The translations under genes were made by a program, and so were the position numbers. 30,822 bases of DNA from NCBI GenBank assembly GCA_050486505.1, contig JBJHDK010000026.1:1-30822 (forward strand), read 5' to 3'. Shown one piece after another: positions 28,131-30,822 of this stretch (the stretch's first letter is position 1; each line of letters opens with the position of its first letter). This stretch comes from Fibrobacteria bacterium. GTDB lineage: Bacteria; Fibrobacterota; Fibrobacteria; UBA11236. The notes under the pieces are model-generated. The model made no database searches. It was not told where the DNA came from and worked only from the letters and a program-made list of their open reading frames with translations.

Positions 28131-28574
28131 TTATTTCCCCGGCTGACGCAGCATTTTCACGACTTCGCTGGCGTGCTTCTCCTCCGCGAGAATCATCTCG
28201 CGCGCATACTCCTCGAGTGCCACGCACTTGCCGTCGACATGACCGAGCAACTCGCGGTAGAGCTTGAGGCCCTGCTCCTCGGCCTCCAGTGACTCCTTGA
28301 GGATGGAGCCTATATCGTGCTTGTGCGTTTCGAGCAGCGGACCCACCGCCAGGGAGGGATGCTCGTCGAGGGTGGTGATCCACTCGCCCGCGGCCTGCGC
28401 ATGGGCAAGGGACTCCGCGGCCTGGTCGCGCAGCCACGATACGATGGGAATGCGGTTGAAGCCGTACACCATCAGCGAATAATGCGTGTAACGCACCACG
28501 CCGGCGAGCTCCAGCTCCAGGATCTTGTTGAGCGACTTGACGACGGCTTTCTTGTTGGCTTTTCCGAGATCCAT
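28131..28574 (-). CDS. Bacterioferritin-like / ferritin-like four-helix protein
   Basis: LNKILELELAGVVRYTHYS, ESLAHA...GEWI..L...P, ESLEAE, EEKH; SD AAGGAG; 147 aa. Confidence 0.85.
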   Translation of the reverse strand: MDLGKANKKAVVKSLNKILELELAGVVRYTHYSLMVYGFNRIPIVSWLRDQAAESLAHAQAAGEWITTLDEHPSLAVGPLLETHKHDIGSILKESLEAEEQGLKLYRELLGHVDGKCVALEEYAREMILAEEKHASEVVKMLRQPGK

Positions 28575-28598
28575 GGGAGACTCCTTGGGGTTGATGGG

Positions 28599-28748
28599 GA
28601 ATTAAGAATGACGAGTTACGGAATTACGAACGGGAGTGAGGTGCGTTGAGCCACGAAGGTCCGCGGATGCACGGACTGCTTGCATGGTGTCTCAAACAAC
28701 ATCAAACCCTGCGTTCAATTCGTAACTCGTCATTCGTAATTCGTAATT
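28599..28748. repeat. Heptamer-armed inverted-repeat intergenic element E5
   Basis: GAATTAA-GAATGAC-GAGTTAC-G-GAATTAC-GAA (28599-28630) and ATTCGTA-ACTCGTC-ATTCGTA-ATTCGTA-ATT (28718-28748). 28599-28620 matches the reverse complement of 28721-28742 at 21/22. Confidence 0.92.
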
Positions 28749-28752
28749 GACT

Positions 28753-29667
28753 CTACGCGCTGAAAGCTTTCGAGTCCTCGAGGAATCCGACCATGCCGGC
28801 ATCACTGAGCGGATGATCCGCCACGGTGTTCAGCACGTTGGCCGGCACCGTGAGAATGTCGGCGCCCGCGAGCAGGCACTCGGTGAGTTGCACCGGGTTG
28901 CGGATGCTGGCGGCGAGGATCTCGGTGGTGATCCCGTAGTTCGCGAACATCGTCGCGATCTCGAAGATCAGCCGTGGTCCCGCGTCGCGCGCCTCACCGC
29001 CCGAGGCGACGAACTCGCTGTTCGCGTGCTTCTTGTCGCCCTCGCCCATCCAGTACAGGCTGTTTCCCGAGGGACGGTTCGGATCATCGTGTTTCGCGAG
29101 ATAGTCCGGCAGACGGCCGAGGAAGGGAGAGATGTAGGTCGCGCCCGCGTTGGCCGCCCAGAACGCCTGCGTGGTGTTGAACACCAACGTCACATTGGTC
29201 TTGATGCCCTTTTCCCACAGGCGGCGCACCACCTTGAGCCCGGTGAACGGATCACCGTCCTTGACCACGGCCCCGTAGCCGCCCATCGGAACCTTGATGA
29301 CGGCATTCGTTCCAAGCGCCCCCAGTTCGGCCGCCTGCTTGACCATCTTCTCCTCGGTGAGCTCGGTGAGCTCGAGCGAAACCGGAAGGGGCTTGAGCAT
29401 GGCACACAATTCCTTCATGATCGCCTTGGCTTCCTTCCACGACTTCGCGCCCGCCTTCTTGAGCAAGGTCGGGTTCGTGGTGATGCCATGGATCAAGCCG
29501 GCCTTGAGCAGGGGTTCGATGTCGGCTTTCACCGCGGAGTCGCAGAAGATGCGCGCGCCCTTGGGAGCCGGATGCTTGAGGCGGTTGCCTTTTTTGTTGG
29601 GGTTGATCACCGGCATGAGTTCCTTGCGGGCGAGCATGGCGGCACTGGTGAATGCGGGCTGGAACAT
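28753..29667 (-). CDS. tal: Transaldolase (TalC/FSA-type fold) with insertions
   Basis: IFCDSA, GITTNPTLL, VSLE, Schiff-base VIKVP, TNVTLVF, YISPFLGRL, ILAASIR, GADILTVP, HPLSD.G...F. ATG 29667 has a GGAG SD. Confidence 0.88.
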   Translation of the reverse strand: MFQPAFTSAAMLARKELMPVINPNKKGNRLKHPAPKGARIFCDSAVKADIEPLLKAGLIHGITTNPTLLKKAGAKSWKEAKAIMKELCAMLKPLPVSLELTELTEEKMVKQAAELGALGTNAVIKVPMGGYGAVVKDGDPFTGLKVVRRLWEKGIKTNVTLVFNTTQAFWAANAGATYISPFLGRLPDYLAKHDDPNRPSGNSLYWMGEGDKKHANSEFVASGGEARDAGPRLIFEIATMFANYGITTEILAASIRNPVQLTECLLAGADILTVPANVLNTVADHPLSDAGMVGFLEDSKAFSA

Positions 29668-29779
29668 GATGTTTCTCCGTTTCGTGGTCTGTTTTCGTGA
29701 ATGCTTCGGCTTCGAATCCAACCTACAATTTATGCCGCTTCCGCCAAGAATTCGCGGTCATTTCAGGGTAACCCGCGAT

Positions 29780-30822
29780 TCAGGGGCGCGATTGTTCCAG
29801 AAAGGCGGAATCGCTCAACGCTTCCAGAAAGGCCAAGAGATCCGCCGCTTCGCCAGGGGTCAGGGCAAGGTCCCCCAACCGCGGATCCGCGTTGGGATGG
29901 GGCTGCACGCCCCCGGCATAGTGTGCCACCACCTCTTCGAGGGTCTCGAAGCGACCGTCGTGCATGTAGGGCCATGTGATCGCGATATTGCGCAATGTGG
30001 GCGTGCGGAACTTCCCCGCGTCGGTTGCGAGGCCGGTCACGCCCGCGCGCCCGGAATCGGCGTACGCCGTGTCGAGGCCGATGTTGTAGAACAGTCCGTT
30101 CGTAAAGAGCGGGGGCGTATGGCATTGGGCGCACAGCGCCCGCTCCCCCGTGAAAAGGTCAAGGCCGCGTCGCGCCGCGGGAGAAAGGGCGTCCTCGTCC
30201 CCGGCGGCCCAGCGGTCCCAGGGGGAGCGGGCGCTGACGAGGGTGCGTTGGTAGGTGGCCAACGCGCGCGCCGCGCCCTCGAGCGTGACCGGCCCGTCTC
30301 CGTATGCCTGCCGGAACAGGCGGACGTAAAACGTGTCGGCCCCGAGCACGGCCTCCACGGACTCGCGGGTCATGTCCATCTCGGCGGGATTGAACAGGGG
30401 CGCGAGGGCCTGCGATTCCAGTGAGGCGTGGCTGCCGTCGAGCATGAACGACGACATAAAACCCATGTTGGCCAACGTGGGGGTATTGCGCGGCGTCTGG
30501 AAGCCGTCGATGCCGGTGCTGCTCACCCGTTGCGGATCCGCGAAGGCACCCGTCGCCTTGTGGCACGAGGCGCAACTCAGGCTGCCGTCGCGACTCAACG
30601 CATTCTCGAAGAACAAACGACGCCCGAGGATGACCTTGGCGGGAGTGTAGGGGTTGTCTTCAGGCCAATGCAATGCCGGCCAGCCCGCCGGAACCTGCGG
30701 CAGGGCCGGAACCCAGCCTTCGTCGGAAAGCGGTGGCGCTTTCGTGCGGCCGCGCTCTTCGCCCAGCAGGCAGGCCGACAGTGCCAGGGCAAACGCGAGC
30801 ACGGCGCTGCGCAGCGCCCCCT
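29780..30822 (-). CDS. Di-heme cytochrome c peroxidase / MauG-MbnH family lipoprotein (5' end probably beyond the window)
   Basis: P.DNP.T.AK..LGRRLFF, heme motifs CASCH and CAQCH, RNTPTL.N, GKFRTPTLRNI..T.PYMHDG; lipobox LSAC; frame stays open to the window edge. Confidence 0.9.
   Translation of the reverse strand, partial: GALRSAVLAFALALSACLLGEERGRTKAPPLSDEGWVPALPQVPAGWPALHWPEDNPYTPAKVILGRRLFFENALSRDGSLSCASCHKATGAFADPQRVSSTGIDGFQTPRNTPTLANMGFMSSFMLDGSHASLESQALAPLFNPAEMDMTRESVEAVLGADTFYVRLFRQAYGDGPVTLEGAARALATYQRTLVSARSPWDRWAAGDEDALSPAARRGLDLFTGERALCAQCHTPPLFTNGLFYNIGLDTAYADSGRAGVTGLATDAGKFRTPTLRNIAITWPYMHDGRFETLEEVVAHYAGGVQPHPNADPRLGDLALTPGEAADLLAFLEALSDSAFLEQSRP

Overview
GC-rich bacterial chromosomal segment, mostly housekeeping and envelope genes; the lipoprotein and outer-membrane protein style suggests Fibrobacterota/FCB group, but this is unverified inference. 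In order: a YciO/Sua5-family gene, a lipoprotein, a stand-alone YjbH/GfcD-like outer-membrane protein, an AsmA-family gene, a second lipoprotein, uvrB, a TPR protein, pgeF/yfiH, a probable beta-barrel OMP, a beta-propeller protein, engB, recR, a complete and tightly coupled MoxR-DUF58-BatA/B/C/D/E (Bat) operon, DUF423, a PAS hybrid histidine kinase, DUF4399, a ferritin-like gene, a transaldolase and a 5'-truncated di-heme MauG/CcP-family gene. No rRNA, tRNA, CRISPR array or transposase was seen. The most unusual signal is non-coding. Five AT-richer 135-190 bp intergenic elements (63-198, 9753-9938, 14671-14837, 17472-17606, 28599-28748) each consist of two arms of tandem 7-bp repeats, inverted relative to each other around a 65-130 nt core. 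Each lies between the stop of one gene and the start of the next co-directional gene. Each element's arms match each other better than they match other copies, some cores are homologous, and four of the five downstream genes lack an adjacent Shine-Dalgarno sequence.
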